From Nemertoderma westbladi (taxonomy: Eukaryota > Animalia > Xenacoelomorpha): 32,414 nucleotides of DNA. Positions 13,228 to 26,468 of this stretch are shown here, piece after piece. Position 1 is the first letter of the stretch; the number at the start of each line of letters is the position of its first letter. Location of the stretch: assembly GCA_032718475.1 (NCBI GenBank), contig JAUCBJ010005932.1, forward strand, positions 1 through 32,414, read 5' to 3'. The notes below the pieces were generated by a model, which was given only the letters and a program-made list of their open reading frames with translations, searched no databases and was not told the DNA's origin. The translations under genes and the position numbers were made by a program.

Positions 13228-16200
13228 TATGTCCAACAATACGACGCCAGTTATTCACACAAGGGTTCTCCTGAAGAACAAATAGAAGCAAACATTCTTT
13301 GAAGTTGCCGGCATTTTATATTGATTGGGGCACGGTCGTATGGTTGTTATGGGTCACTGGGATTTTATAACAATGATCGATTTGGTAGCAGATGACTTAG
13401 CAATCATTGAATATGGACGAGTTAAACATCTTTATTACAGTTTAGGTACCGAAGAGTTGATAACCCAACCCAAAGGAATTTGAAGCAGTTGCTTAGTGAT
13501 TTTTTTTATAGAAGATGTCATATGCCCTACAACTAGTGCAGTACGGGTATGTATATAGTAGGTCATAATCTAAACATCTGGACATAGATATAACACTTTA
13601 TGATAATTTAGAGGAACGGCGTTGATATCCACCAATTAATTGGCTATCAACCTGTCGAAAATAGCTAATTTTGTACGGCTTTACAAAAAAATTTGTACTC
13701 AAAAATATCTCCCGAGCATGTTAATATACTTACCAAAGTTTCGTATAATTAAAGTGAAATTCAATTTGATTCACGAAAATTCAAACAATATACATTGTGC
13801 CTGAATGCCTGATAATGCAATCTTTAATGCAACTACGTCAGTGCCACGTGCTGCGCGAAGGCTAATATATTGGGCATTACTCTGGATTTAGCACAATTTG
13901 GGAAGGAATCTTACACACTGCCAGAAGTCTCGGTCGGAGAGAGCTATTACTCATTGCAGATACCGATAGCCGCATCAACAATGTACACATACGGTTCTCT
14001 GTAAGGGCCAAAGTAATTTACCTTTCCGCCCCAACGGGCAAAAACAATTTGCGGCGCCCCCCCGTTAGCCCCACCTACTCCACCTATAATGGTCTCAATA
14101 TCACAGGGAACCATGAGGTGTCTACGAGGTAGGCCCATTAGATAATTACACCAGAGGAGACCCATAGAAATGCAGGGAATAATAGCCTCAGCAGACCCAT
14201 ATCAACGGTTGCAGCGACAGGGAAGCAAAGAATAGACAGGACAATGGCTTGAAACTGATACAATGGGAGTTCTTCGAGTATTCAGGGGGGTCAACTAGAG
14301 CCGCTAATTACCATTGACTTCGCTACGCCTCATTAAGCAATACACGCCAAGATATTTACCGATACCCAACAATACATCCACCAACACAGCAGCATGGAAG
14401 ATTTATCCGCAAGAGCAAAACAGCTATATACCCATACTTCAAAGAGATGCCGCGGTTGCATAAGCTTTGTTGACGAACAGAGGCAGTCCCTTCAGTCAAT
14501 TAGGCCAACTAACTATACCTTCACTCTGAATGGACGGGGGCGGAGAACTCTTCCCCTAATCAACTCAGCAAAATATTCAGGGACTTTCAAACAGAAATCG
14601 TGAAAAATACCTCCATTATTCATAACTATGGTCCGAGGCATGCATTATAGGATTCGGCTTCATTCCGAACTATTGTTATGCCGACAATAGCCGCAAGCGG
14701 CTGTCAAACATTCGCAACGTCCTCACTAGAAGCCGCTCCTACGTGTTCAATATATAGCCAATCGATTTTTCGCGCTTTGATAAGCCTTGATCAGATCGGG
14801 TTTATGAGAACAATAATTCACCCTCGCCTTCAAAGAAGCAAAAGATGAATTGAATTAAAGTTAAAGTCATGCGAACAAACACCACGCATGGGAGAGAGTT
14901 GACTCTCATTATGGTGAGTCGGCTAGTTGAAAGGAAATTATACTTCAAGGACTGTACATTGGGTAGTCACAGCTTCAGGTCAATTATAAGGCAAATCCTA
15001 TTAGGACACCCCTATAACTTACCTCTATAATATCCATGTAAAATCGAACAACCTGACAAACACGTCTTATTAATAAATAGTACATCGTAAAACTATACTA
15101 CGATATGCCATGGCGTTGCAATCGCACTGTCCGGACGTTATAATTACATCGATTTATGACAAGAACATAAAAATCAAAGTGGCTGAAAATAGCCGTCAAT
15201 GTTTAAGTGGTCCCTTAACGCAAGTGCCTTAATATAAATGGGTTATAAAGTGAGGACATCGTGTGGCCCAGATCTATGAAGGGCCCAATTTTTTATTGAG
15301 GCTGTAAAAACTAGAAGCTAAAAAATGGCGTTACAAGTTACCTTGTAGTGGAAGAAATTCACCAATTTGCTTGTTTGTAGATATGCGTAACTTTGCATAT
15401 TATATCCATATGTCATGCCCATATGCAATGCCCGAAAACATAAAGGGTGTTCTATACTTATCTATTGCCAATCTGAGTACCAACATCATTCGCGAATTAC
15501 AAAAGAATAATGCACACAACCCCCATGCCAGAATAATGCGTTCTCGTGGACGACTTTGGTTATCATGCTTGTGCGAATAAGGGAGTAATTTTCGGATTAA
15601 AACGGTCTGCATTATCTACGTCGCTGAATGGAAAGCGACTAATTGGGGTCTGAACACGAAAAACTCTCAAGACATACGTCGGGTGACCCTTGGTCTCGAT
15701 TAATCATTAAACACGTTACGAATCTGCACCATATCTGGATCACGGTCTTATTGTCTTCTATGTTGGTATACTTTCCCATGGGTTGACAATCTTTCTGTAA
15801 TGCGCTATTACATACGTTTGTTATGCCAATTTGCGTCCCAAGAATCTATTTGAATACCCCCACCCGCCCCCAAGAAAGAGAAAGACCCGATTTTCAATTT
15901 AAACCAATATTTTACATAGAAGGGCTACATCGAACCAAAACAATAAACAAAATGTATGCATATATTACATAGTATGATACGCACATCAGAAGAAATTAAA
16001 ATAAGTGCAATACTAGTTGTTGTATTATTAACGAGGTTATGTTAAACACAGCTGCTACTATTTAATTAATTTGAGCGCACCCACGACTCCTATATAGGGC
16101 AATAAATTAATCATAAAATCACCTGGTTTGCGAACAATAAATATATACGAAAAACATATTTTTAATCGATTCCCATTGCTGATCCCCAGCATTCAGACAC

Positions 16201-19200
16201 TCACCGGTGGTCTCCGCCGAAACAAACAAACTCATGAAAGATAAATGAAAGAAAAGATGATGAACAAACGACCCACTTAAGGAAAAAATCCATTACCTAA
16301 AGGCGAAGATAATATGGCCAATGTAAAGTCAATCATCGGTGTATTTCGCATGGCAGGGCTTCACTTACGCATCAGTAGCAGCAGTGATACAGAAAGCTGT
16401 CGGCAAACATCAAAGCGATGCAACGAAATTGGACCGAGTCAACATTGTGAGTGGCTTCGGGGAATACATAAGAGGCGAAGTATTCAGTTTCGAAACGGGC
16501 TGCGACAGAGGCAGTAACCTAAGTGTTTACCATTGCTATGGGTTCTGTATTGCGGGCTGTACGAATGGTGTGGACAGGAATGATACACTAGAACCGCAAA
16601 AAATTACCGGGGGAATTTAATAGAAAAGGAACTGAAATAGAAAACTAAACCAATTGAAACATGAATATTTCATGAAATAATTCACTAATAATAATTAATC
16701 TCCTGGTCTACACTTATTATAATTATATTATGTAATTATAACTAGAACTAACTATAAATAAATAAATACACACACTGTAATTGGTATTAGGTATATATTT
16801 TACTTTTGAGTCGGTGTTAATTATATTGTAGTTTGAAAGGCATGAATTTCACGATATTATGAAATACACATCCGAATGCACAAAGAAACACGTATTGAGG
16901 CACGTTATGCTAAGGCTCATATCAGACTCTGTGGCTCGCCCCACATTGAGGATAATGACGCACAATAAAGGAGAGGATCTACGAACGAGTAAGTTTTCAT
17001 TGAAATTTTAGAATCGATTATGAAAGAATTTGAGTTACAAAGTAACATATTTACCGAACAATGGTATTATATAATTGACCACTCGTAGATCAATACATGA
17101 TTCTGGTTGCAAGCTAATTGACGCCTCTAGCATTTGACGGTCGAAATTGGTCTCTCGTTGTAAATCGTCCGCATCGACCGATAATGAGGACACATTCTCA
17201 ACCCCGCCCATATTAGCGAAATCGTCTAGTTGTAGTACGTTGTATACGGGAGAGCATATCCCGCCCCCAGTAATACATAATAACCTCCTAACATTATTGC
17301 AACAATTCCCATAGTACTGTAGGTGGGTGTCGTTTCATAATGCCGGGGAGGCTGGTGGGGGGTGGGGGAGGGGCATATTTGCTTCACTCACATGTGTCCT
17401 CGGGGCAATGAGAACAACATATCCGCATCCACATGCGCACCTTCTCACTCACTCAAGGTTGCAAAAGGAGGTCATAATAAGCAGTGATATACTAGAAAAC
17501 TTAATACAAAAAGAGGCAGCCGATTCAAAGAACACGTGTAACTCACCCAATAACCTACTCACAATAACATGAAACCGTAATACTATATTGTTAATGTGCT
17601 CATACCATATTTCGTAGAAGTTATGCTGACATCCGCAATAATATCACATGAATGCGATTCGGTACATCCACATTGCATTGAGAAATAAGATCTACCAGAC
17701 AGTACGTGGTTGATAATGGATTTAACAATATGCGTCAATGATTTTAATCAAGCCTTAACCTAATGCTACAATCTATAAGTCGTTTTGAATAATTTCTCAA
17801 GGATCGATATTAAATAAACTAATGAATGTAAGCCGTCATGCTCATGCATCATATGTTTCTAAAAATTTATCCCACCAAATCTATACACGGCAGAGTATAA
17901 GCGTCTTACACGGCACCTGCCCGACCAAATGCACCAATTTCCTTCACACGTACGACCAATTCTGTCACCTGCCTTTGGCTATAAGTAATTAACAGGTCAG
18001 GAAATAAACCTAACTAAGGAAGCCACATGTAAATTAAGGTTTTTCGTTTGGAAATCAATGCAAATAAAATCCCATGGAAAAAATGAGAATTACAAATGAA
18101 ATAAAATTTAGTAATTTAATCTGCTTGTCACAAATCCTTTTGACTCTATTCCATTTCACCTGAAGCACTTCATTATATTATACAAAATCTTCAAAATATT
18201 TACTAATAGAAATGTAGAATAATATACATAATGTCCTCTGGAACATCTAAACATATTCTTAAACATCCCATGGTAACAGACCCTCGTCAATACTGTATGT
18301 GAATAGGATTGAAGCTGTGGGATATTATGGGCGTCCAAATACAGTGAATAATGTAAATATCCGCACACATCCCTTAGGGGACATGGAAAAGGTTCCATCG
18401 CATAAAAAGGTTCGGCAAAGAAAAAAACACAAACATAAAAAAAACAATTATAGGTATATAAAAAAGTCTCCCACAGCGGATGAATCATAACTTAACTGTA
18501 CTTAGAAAAAATCAACAATCCCATCAAAATCATAACTGATTCTAAAACGACGAAATTCCTTCCACGTCACTTTATCATGATCACTCATAATACCGTAACT
18601 ACTCACACCACAACGAGCGGCTTGACTCATTCATAGTTTTAATTCATTCATGCAGAGCCATTGGGTTGGAAAATTAGTAAACCCCATATCTGGCAACCAC
18701 TTTAAGTTATACGATTTTAATGGGTAGTTAATTCCGCTAAATCTCCGACCATATGATACTGTTGGGACATCCAATATCCGAATGGAATATGGTAATAATG
18801 GAGGAATGACCTCAATTCTATCAAAGGTTGCCAAGGTGGGCTGATTATGTAAGAGATAGGAAGTCTCACCATAACTATGCGTTACATAAATCTCCCATAA
18901 GTATACCTTACAATCATATAAGTCTCTATAATTGCTTAGCCACCTTCTATGCAAAAAGAGTGAGTGAAAAGGATACAATGACATAACAATACCACCCACC
19001 AATATTAATTAGCAAGAAACGTATAACCATACACCCCCAATTTAGAGAAATATATACATATAGTCAATAACCATATATGATTCAGAGAAAATTATCATCT
19101 CTATAAATGGTGCGCAAATTACCATCTCCATACAAAAAAAAAATCTGTTGAAAATAATATGACAATGTGATACTGTTATGCTAAACAAATAATGTTGTGA

Positions 19201-22200
19201 TTTCCTCTTTTAGTACAATAGTCAATCCTGATTGACAGTTTGATAGGTTGATTTAGCGATTTAGGGCATACACACAAACAAACCACCCACATAAAGAAAC
19301 ACTTGAACCATATTCAGTGGCTATACAGTAAGGGAAAGGGACAAGCAAATATTTTACAGGTTTTGTACTAAAATCAATATAGAATGTGGACCAAATCATT
19401 TTTTTTGGAATAAGAGTTTGTCCCAAACATTTGTTCCAAAATGTTGGGATATACTCCAAAAACGTTGTCATGACACATGAATGACCATCATGATTTCAAT
19501 CTGAAAGTTCATATTAAATGAAAGGCGGCAAAACCAAAGGATTGAGATTGCAAGGCCCCTTGCTACTGACAACCTGTGTGCATTATTACATCATCAATCC
19601 AGTGGGAGCGACTGTGCCCGAAGCGGCTCTATTCCATTAAGCATATGGGTGAAACCAAAGTTCAAAGTGACTCCGACGTTTGCAGCATTTTTAACGGTCC
19701 AAAGGCCAGGATAAGGGCCGTAATCCCGCAGTGAAACTGGTAGCTAAGCCAAGAACAAGATACCACCACTGTACACTAGGGCCACGCGTAACACGCACCT
19801 TCGAAGAAACGCTTTAAGAAAGAGGACCATTCCATAATACATCAAAGTAAGAACAAGTAAGATAAACAGGTAACCTGGCAAATCTAGATGGATTACCGCA
19901 ATAATGAATGATACATACCTTTATGAATGTTAAAATATATTTAACCAAACCACTCCCCTGGGGTAAGGGCACCCAGGAACTAGTATACTGCCACAAAATA
20001 TTGCAAATCCTGTTAGATCGGCTGAAATTACCCAGCTGTGTATAGCACCTGTGCCTGATTTTGATGGTGTTTAGGTTCATGAAATGACATAGACAATTGT
20101 TCGTCAAAACAAATAGTTTTATAAAGGGAACAAATACAAAACATAATCCTATTTGTAGTAAGAAATTCTTCAAAAACCTAATCAGAAAATCTGACATGTC
20201 AGGTTGTATATTTAGCGCAAAATTTAAAAGACACGCTTCGTCAACCAGGATGTAAAATATAAAAGTCAATATTAACATAACAGATCACAGGTGAAAAGAG
20301 CTCATCTGTACCACAAAGCGTGGGAACCAGTGATGTTGCAGAAGCAAATAACCGATGATTCGCCGATAATCCGATTATCAAAATTATGTTACATATAGAA
20401 GCATAGTGGGGGGATTATATTACGAGGGCCGCGTGAGACTCTATCCAAGGCCCAATGATGAATTCAGAGTGGGCCGGGCCACGGGACAGGCGACTCCAAG
20501 TCAAAATGTCAACCCCAATTGCGATAACATTGATATACGACTCTGCGAAATGAGCTGAAATCCTATAAATGCGGTCAATTGAGATTGCAGATACCTCTTG
20601 TGAACAAATAGCGCCTCTTGGAGTTTCATTCAACAAAATGATAATTTTGGAGTGTCAAAGTACGCCCCGGAGTAATTAATTGAAAAAAGATGTGAGTGAC
20701 GTATCGAATTGTCTAGAAAGTCAGTAGAAATGGCTCGCGAGCTATCGACCCAACATCGAACAGTAGGCGCGCGAATATATAAGGAAACGAACCACATATG
20801 GCGGACAATGAATACAACAGCTACAAAAAATGGGGCCAGTATGGTGGTTCATGGAACCTAGAGTGGAGGCGGCCCGTATATCATCGGATGGTATGAACAA
20901 TGGATTTGTACGGAATGTTACCGAATGAGACAAAGTAGCTAGGGGACCATTCTTCCATGGCAGCATAGCCCATTCAGAGTCCCCCCGCCCCGCTGTTTAA
21001 TTATAACCAAGAGCACAATGTAGGGGTGGAGATTTAGTGGGGCAGTAATCAACCAACCCTGCTAGCTGCTACATTAGCCAAACTAATCAATGAGATGGCC
21101 CAGTCCTATCCACGACACTGAAATGTATAACACCTCCAATCACTTACATGAAATAATTAATAACTATTGCCGGCAGGCCAGTCCAATTTAAACTCATTTT
21201 CGGGTAATGACCCAAAATGAAATCCTACCCCCTCCAGGCTCATTACTACGACACTGAAGTGAATAAAACTAGCTACGCCTAAGCTATGGGAACCTACAGT
21301 TTGCTATGACTATATATATTAGTGCAACCGATATACTTCCTAATAAAAGCCACTAGCATAATGGAAATGTTGACATTATATTGAAAGTGAAGCCTAAACC
21401 CCGATGCAATGCAACTACATGCATGTGTTGTCAGTCAAAGGCATGGGGGGGGGGGGGGGTGGGGGGTGGCTTACATACAGCCTACATTGTCAATATTGGT
21501 CTATAAATATTCATTGAAGGAGGTTGTTAGTATGGGAGGAGTCCAAGTTGGGAATATGGTGTTGTAAGTCAACAGGTGCGTGCAGCCTATTTATAATGGT
21601 TCCATTGGAACTATGAGTCTTCTACAGTATGTTGGAGGTTGGAACTTAGGCTATAACAAGGCGAATATGGAAAAGGCACAAAGGCATCCCAAGGGAAATT
21701 ACTTCGCCCTAGGGGGGATGTAGTTCCCCTTAGAATGGGAGTAGGTGCAAATTGGGTGCTGAGATTTCCAACAAAGTGTTAAAACCCTACAGTAGATAAT
21801 AGATGGTTAGCAGATGTCCATATTGTTTTTGTATTGAATAAGCCTTGAGCTACTATAGTATACAGGGTTATCATAAATGACAGTGTATGGCCCTGGGAAG
21901 TGTCTCTCAGTAAACGAACTCAATAATAATAAACACATAAAATATTAACCCAATTAATAAATATATTTATATTTTAATTATAAAATGTGGGTTTTTGATC
22001 ACACACAATTATTGGGGCGGCGGGTAGGCCAAACTAATTCGGTAATATGGTAATAATATGCACAAGTGGGTTTGTAAGGAGGGGCAATTACTTTATTTCA
22101 CTATAATTATATTGCAATCGCTCCGGGGTGTGCATTGGCCTTCTCATTATATATTAATATACACTGAAATTAATTAATACATATGTGGCCCATATAATTG

Positions 22201-22511
22201 CTAAATAAGCAACAATAAATACCCTAGGCGGTCCCTATTAATGGGGATGGGTGTGGGGGGCGGGGTAGGTCCGGTGGTTAGACTATATCGTGGGAACTCG
22301 TGCGATGCGTATATATATGTACCGATAGACGCGCACGGAACAGGACAAATCAATAGACCGGTAGGGGGGATTTTGGCAACAGACGAACGAGCACTCCTTA
22401 TGTACAAGGAAGTTTATAGAGATCACACGTTCTCACGGTGAAATTAAACCAAAGTTATAGAAAATATAAGGGAATTCATTTCGTTTATTCAAAATGTCTA
22501 CGGAGTATTTC

Positions 22512-22534
22512 TTATCAGAGAAATTCTCTGATAA
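22512..22534. repeat. Perfect 11-bp palindrome with 1-nt spacer
   Basis: ttatcagagaa-a-ttctctgataa; each end carries a GATA motif (TTATCA / TGATAA). Confidence 0.8.
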
Positions 22535-23338
22535 CTTAGCAGTTGGATAATTTTAGAAAGTTATAAACCACACAACAAGCTAAGGCAAGGCATCAAAGTT
22601 GGTACACAACCTATATTATAGGCTTGGTGAGACAATCAGTGATATAAATAACGGTTTGGCATGGTCGTGTCACTACGCATTAATATATGGCCGAATAGGC
22701 ATCGACAAGGGGGTTACAGGGTGGAAATAATTCGTTGCCTACATAACACCGAAAATCAGCCACGTCAATTAACCTAAGAAGAATTAATTACCACAAATTC
22801 TAAGGGATCAAGGAAGCTTTGGGTGGAGTAGAAATATTTGGAAAGAGGAAAAAGTTCCGCATCAGTTGCCCGGCACAGATGAATCAGTTTACGGTGGCTG
22901 AACCCCGGTAGCCGCAATAGGGCCATCCACTATTGTGAATCATATAACCGTGAACGCGGTCTACACCAACCCGCCTAGCTACCTAAAGGGAACCCAGGTC
23001 GCTTCAATGCGCCCGATTGCCCAAAAACTCTACAGTTTCATCGATCGTGATAAATTGGCCTTGCAATATTAAATCAACCGCGATAAATTGACAAGTTGGT
23101 AAGCGGAACTGCCGCCAAAGTCACCGAGTTCACTCAGGCAATACGAGAACGCGCGGTTGCTTTGTAGAGCTAGAGACACACAAACACCACATCTGGCGAA
23201 TATAAGTATCAGAGGTTTTAATTTTCGAAAATCCAATTAAAAATTCAAGTATCTCTAGTAGTGCAACTCTAAAAAATAAGTTTATTGATATAGTTAGAAT
23301 TAGAAATAGCATATAGGTACGTCTGTTTACACATAATT

Positions 23339-23396
23339 AAAGTATAAGTAAAAATAAGTAAATAAAAGTATAAGTATAAGCAAATAAAAGTAAAAA
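23339..23396. repeat. Low-complexity degenerate (AAGTAT/AAGTAA)n tandem repeat
   Basis: aaagtataagtaaaaataagtaaataaaagtataagtataagcaaataaaagtaaaaa. Confidence 0.6.
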
Positions 23397-24582
23397 TCTG
23401 ATAGGTGACGGTGTTCAATGGTTGGTTAATAGTTTTGAAAATTCTACTCGATTAATATAAAATAACCTCATTTATAAGAAAGAAAAGAAATGGGAGCTTG
23501 GCAGAAGGATACTAATTCCCATCGTTCCCCATTAATACAGTGCACTCATACCTGCATCATAAGGGTGTGCCTTGAATCGTAGAGTAAGTTAGTAGACATA
23601 AGCCGAATTTGTTGAGCTGCACCTGGACTTTTTGAACTGCGGGCCAAACAAAAAATGACGCATTCAAATATAGTTGGTATTAGTATTCGGTGATCTGCAA
23701 TATGTTGACAAATAATACACCAGACCAATCAATCCAGATACCATATGCCACAGACCTTATCCGAGATGAAGCATAATCTCTGCATTGTTATCGAACCCAG
23801 CACGCAGTGAGAAAAGGGCAAGCAATGCGGATGATAGCAAAGTCGGCCGTCTTACATCTTTCAAGCAGAACTAAACCCAAGTTCGGCGTAGCCCAGGGTA
23901 TTATACAATCCAGCTGCACCCAGCCTGAAAATTAGTTAGCCACATATACACAGACACGCGAACACACATACATACCGGTATACGGATATATAGGCCTATT
24001 TATGTGAAGACGTGGTGAGTCAAAGGATTACCATAATCTCGCTACAGAATGATTAGTCGCTGGATGGCAGATAATTAGAGGCTATTGTCTAAAAATACGT
24101 TTCAGCTTTAATCAGGATGGACAATGAGTGAGGGACCTGCATTGTGTAGACCATATATAACCTATAAAGGAATCTAAGCTGCCTTCTTCTTATATAAAAC
24201 GCGATGCTGCGTCCTGTACGGTGACAACAGGCGCCATTACAGCAAACAGCCGCAAATATAATCATATAAACTTGGATTGCATTGCGCAATTACCAGCAAC
24301 AGGCCAAATCTGTTCTTTAATTCAACATGAAATTAAATCCGTGTAACAATGCCAAAAATGTGTGCTTTGATTGATTACAAAGAGACGTTGATCACGACAA
24401 CGTATTAACATCGCTATGTAAATAACACAGGAGCAGTGGCCTTGAGCAATAATTATCTCGGTGCCACAATTCATGTCTTAGACTTTTAGTCGGCAAAATC
24501 TCACAAATTATAATATTCGTAATTATATATGTCTCTTATATTGATTTCATATCTGTCACATCGTGCCTTATCTCTCTAGATA

Positions 24583-24617
24583 GGGGTGGGGGAGGGGAGG
24601 GGAGGGTTGGGGTGGGG
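24583..24617 (+). repeat. G-run cluster (seven runs of 3-5 G), G-quadruplex-forming motif
   Basis: ggggtgggggaggggaggggagggttggggtgggg. Confidence 0.7.
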
Positions 24618-26363
24618 CTCTTGCCACAATCACAATTGAACTCTCACCTTGGGAAAATCAAAGTAAACGACAATAATGATCACGGGCAAACTGTAACTAG
24701 TGTTGCTTGCAATTATTGATTCTCTTTTTTTTTTATTTTGGTTAGAATAACACAAGACACCTGATCCTTTCCCTTAATTGATATTTAACAATGTTAATTG
24801 TATCAAAACGAGATATTAATTCGCAGAGATAGCATTTACTTTCACCCAACCAACTGGCACTATAACCATTCATTCACCACGCATAGTTTATATACATACC
24901 GGTTCACCACATATTTGTGTCATAGAACTTTGAAAGTAATTTCATCTAGAATAAATACCAAAGGAGTCGAAGGTTATATGGGGGCATCTTTGTAGCGCAA
25001 ATTAATGGTATTTGTCGAGCAAAAGCAACACAATTGGGGCCCGGAGGAATGCATGGTGTATAGCAAACCAAGGGAGTTGTCATACAGAAAACGTTTATGC
25101 AGAATAACAAAGAGACTACCCCAACCAAGTGCACTCCTATACCAGTATAACAAATCCGATAGACTAGCTTTAAGATACCTCATTATACCAGTCCAATGCG
25201 CAAATGGAAATGTATCCACTTGGGATTAACAGTTTTTTGAAAGAGTTGGGGCTTGGAAGAACGCGGCTTATAGTCTTGGGTTATTGTGTCCCTCAATACA
25301 GTATCAATTATAAGCCGCTATTAGCGGGGCAAAACTAGCCACATCGCTGGCTCCGTCCTCCCCTTAATGGGGCCAGAAATATAGAGTCTAGCTCGATAGA
25401 GAACGTTGGCTAAGTAATATAATGTCTGAGTTAAAGAAACATGATGGCCATAGGCCGCAGTATAAACAGCCCGCTTCATAGGAGCATGATGGGATAGATG
25501 GATGGGGCCCAAAGTCCAATATGTGGAAAATACTTAGATCAATGAGTTTACAGGCAAATTACTCTGTCAAATTATTCTTGAAAGTACATTAATTCAATAA
25601 AATGAGCGTTGAAACTGACTGTTGGCTGACTGACTGAGACAATCTCACTGACTAAAAAGCCACATTTGAACTTTTAATTGAGTACTTTGGTAATATGATT
25701 TAATATTGCACTCAAGTGCCATTATATTAATCTTAGGGGAAACCTTGTTTCATCTTGGGACAAATGATAATAGTTCCAGAATAAACAATACAACTTGCAC
25801 CCACCACCATACACACTGTAGACACACAAAAATTACAAACAGAGAGAGTAATGACAATCTTTAGTACCGCGGTACAGAAAACTTTATAATTTAATATAAT
25901 TACTTATTTAGAATCTGTGTTTCCGATGAATCATTGACACGCCTACCCATTACATGCTTGGCTGAGCCTACAGATTGCGAGGGATTAGCATAGTGGTGAA
26001 CACAAACCCAATACAATATTACCCGGTTACTAGGGATTTTTGCGCGATCGTTAGACGCCATGTAACAGCGGCGAAGGAGCGGCGCACTATTAGGGCTACA
26101 CGGCACGTGTCGGCAAGCGGGTTAAGGCCAGTAGCTTACGTCTTAAGATGCCCTTAATTTCCTGATCAGCCGATTAAATAAGGAACTCCCGCGCGGCAAA
26201 GATTAAGTAATACAGTATAAATATTCATCGGAGCATACAGTTATACTTAATGGGGAAGAGTACAGCGCAAGTATAATGCCGGGAAATGAGCTGATTGTGC
26301 ATTTATTTCCCTATACAGTTTCAGTATATATACCGGTATATACAGGTTGAAATCACAACTAAC

Positions 26364-26468
26364 GTTTATTATTCGGTCGTACAGACGTAGATGGCCGCTC
26401 TTCGCCGCAGGGCCGTCCTCCGTTAATCGAGATACAAAGATTCCTTCGGCGCAATGTGAATCGTCCAT
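26364..26468 (-). CDS. PDZRN3: Coding exon 3 (35 aa, MDDSHCAEGIFVSRLTEDGPAAKSGHLRLYDRIIN), middle of PDZ1
   Basis: Acceptor tcttttgtttctactttag, donor AAC|GTTAGT, 105 nt, phase 0-0. Matches PDZRN3 [28 protein letters not shown]. Similarity stops exactly at the donor. Confidence 0.95.

Larger units (their letters stand above)
1..26363 (-). other. Intron 3 of the PDZRN3/4-like gene (>26 kb, extends beyond the window)
   Basis: PDZ1 is incomplete after exon 3. A manual scan of the minus strand for AG followed by V/I-N/D-G codons found no matching exon, and no ORF in the track resembles the rest of the protein. Confidence 0.75.

Noticed and set aside
18156-20278. Longest intronic ORFs (110, 123 and 154 aa)
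   Set aside because: F/L/I/Y/C-rich composition typical of random AT-rich sequence; no transposase, RT or other recognisable motifs.
8583-22372. Identical heptapeptide NRPVGGI in two ORFs (8603-8583 minus; 22352-22372 plus) with different third codon positions
   Set aside because: No similarity outside 7 residues, a stop codon lies just upstream of one copy, and such a match is plausible by chance among many spurious ORFs.
22975-23000. Third AG|GT fusion (gttccctttAG|GTAGCT, minus strand)
   Set aside because: Poor regenerated donor, short pyrimidine tract, no strong downstream donor.
23552-23599. Possible alternative first exon MSTNLLYDSRHTLMMQ ending at phase-0 CAG|GTATGA
   Set aside because: Only a vague LLY(D/E) resemblance to vertebrate short-isoform N-termini as recalled; ATG-to-donor combinations like this are frequent by chance and no promoter signal is nearby.
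26247-26363. ORF continuation beyond PDZ exon 3 (VSCDFNLY...)
   Set aside because: Family similarity ends at the GTTAGT donor; this is intronic read-through.
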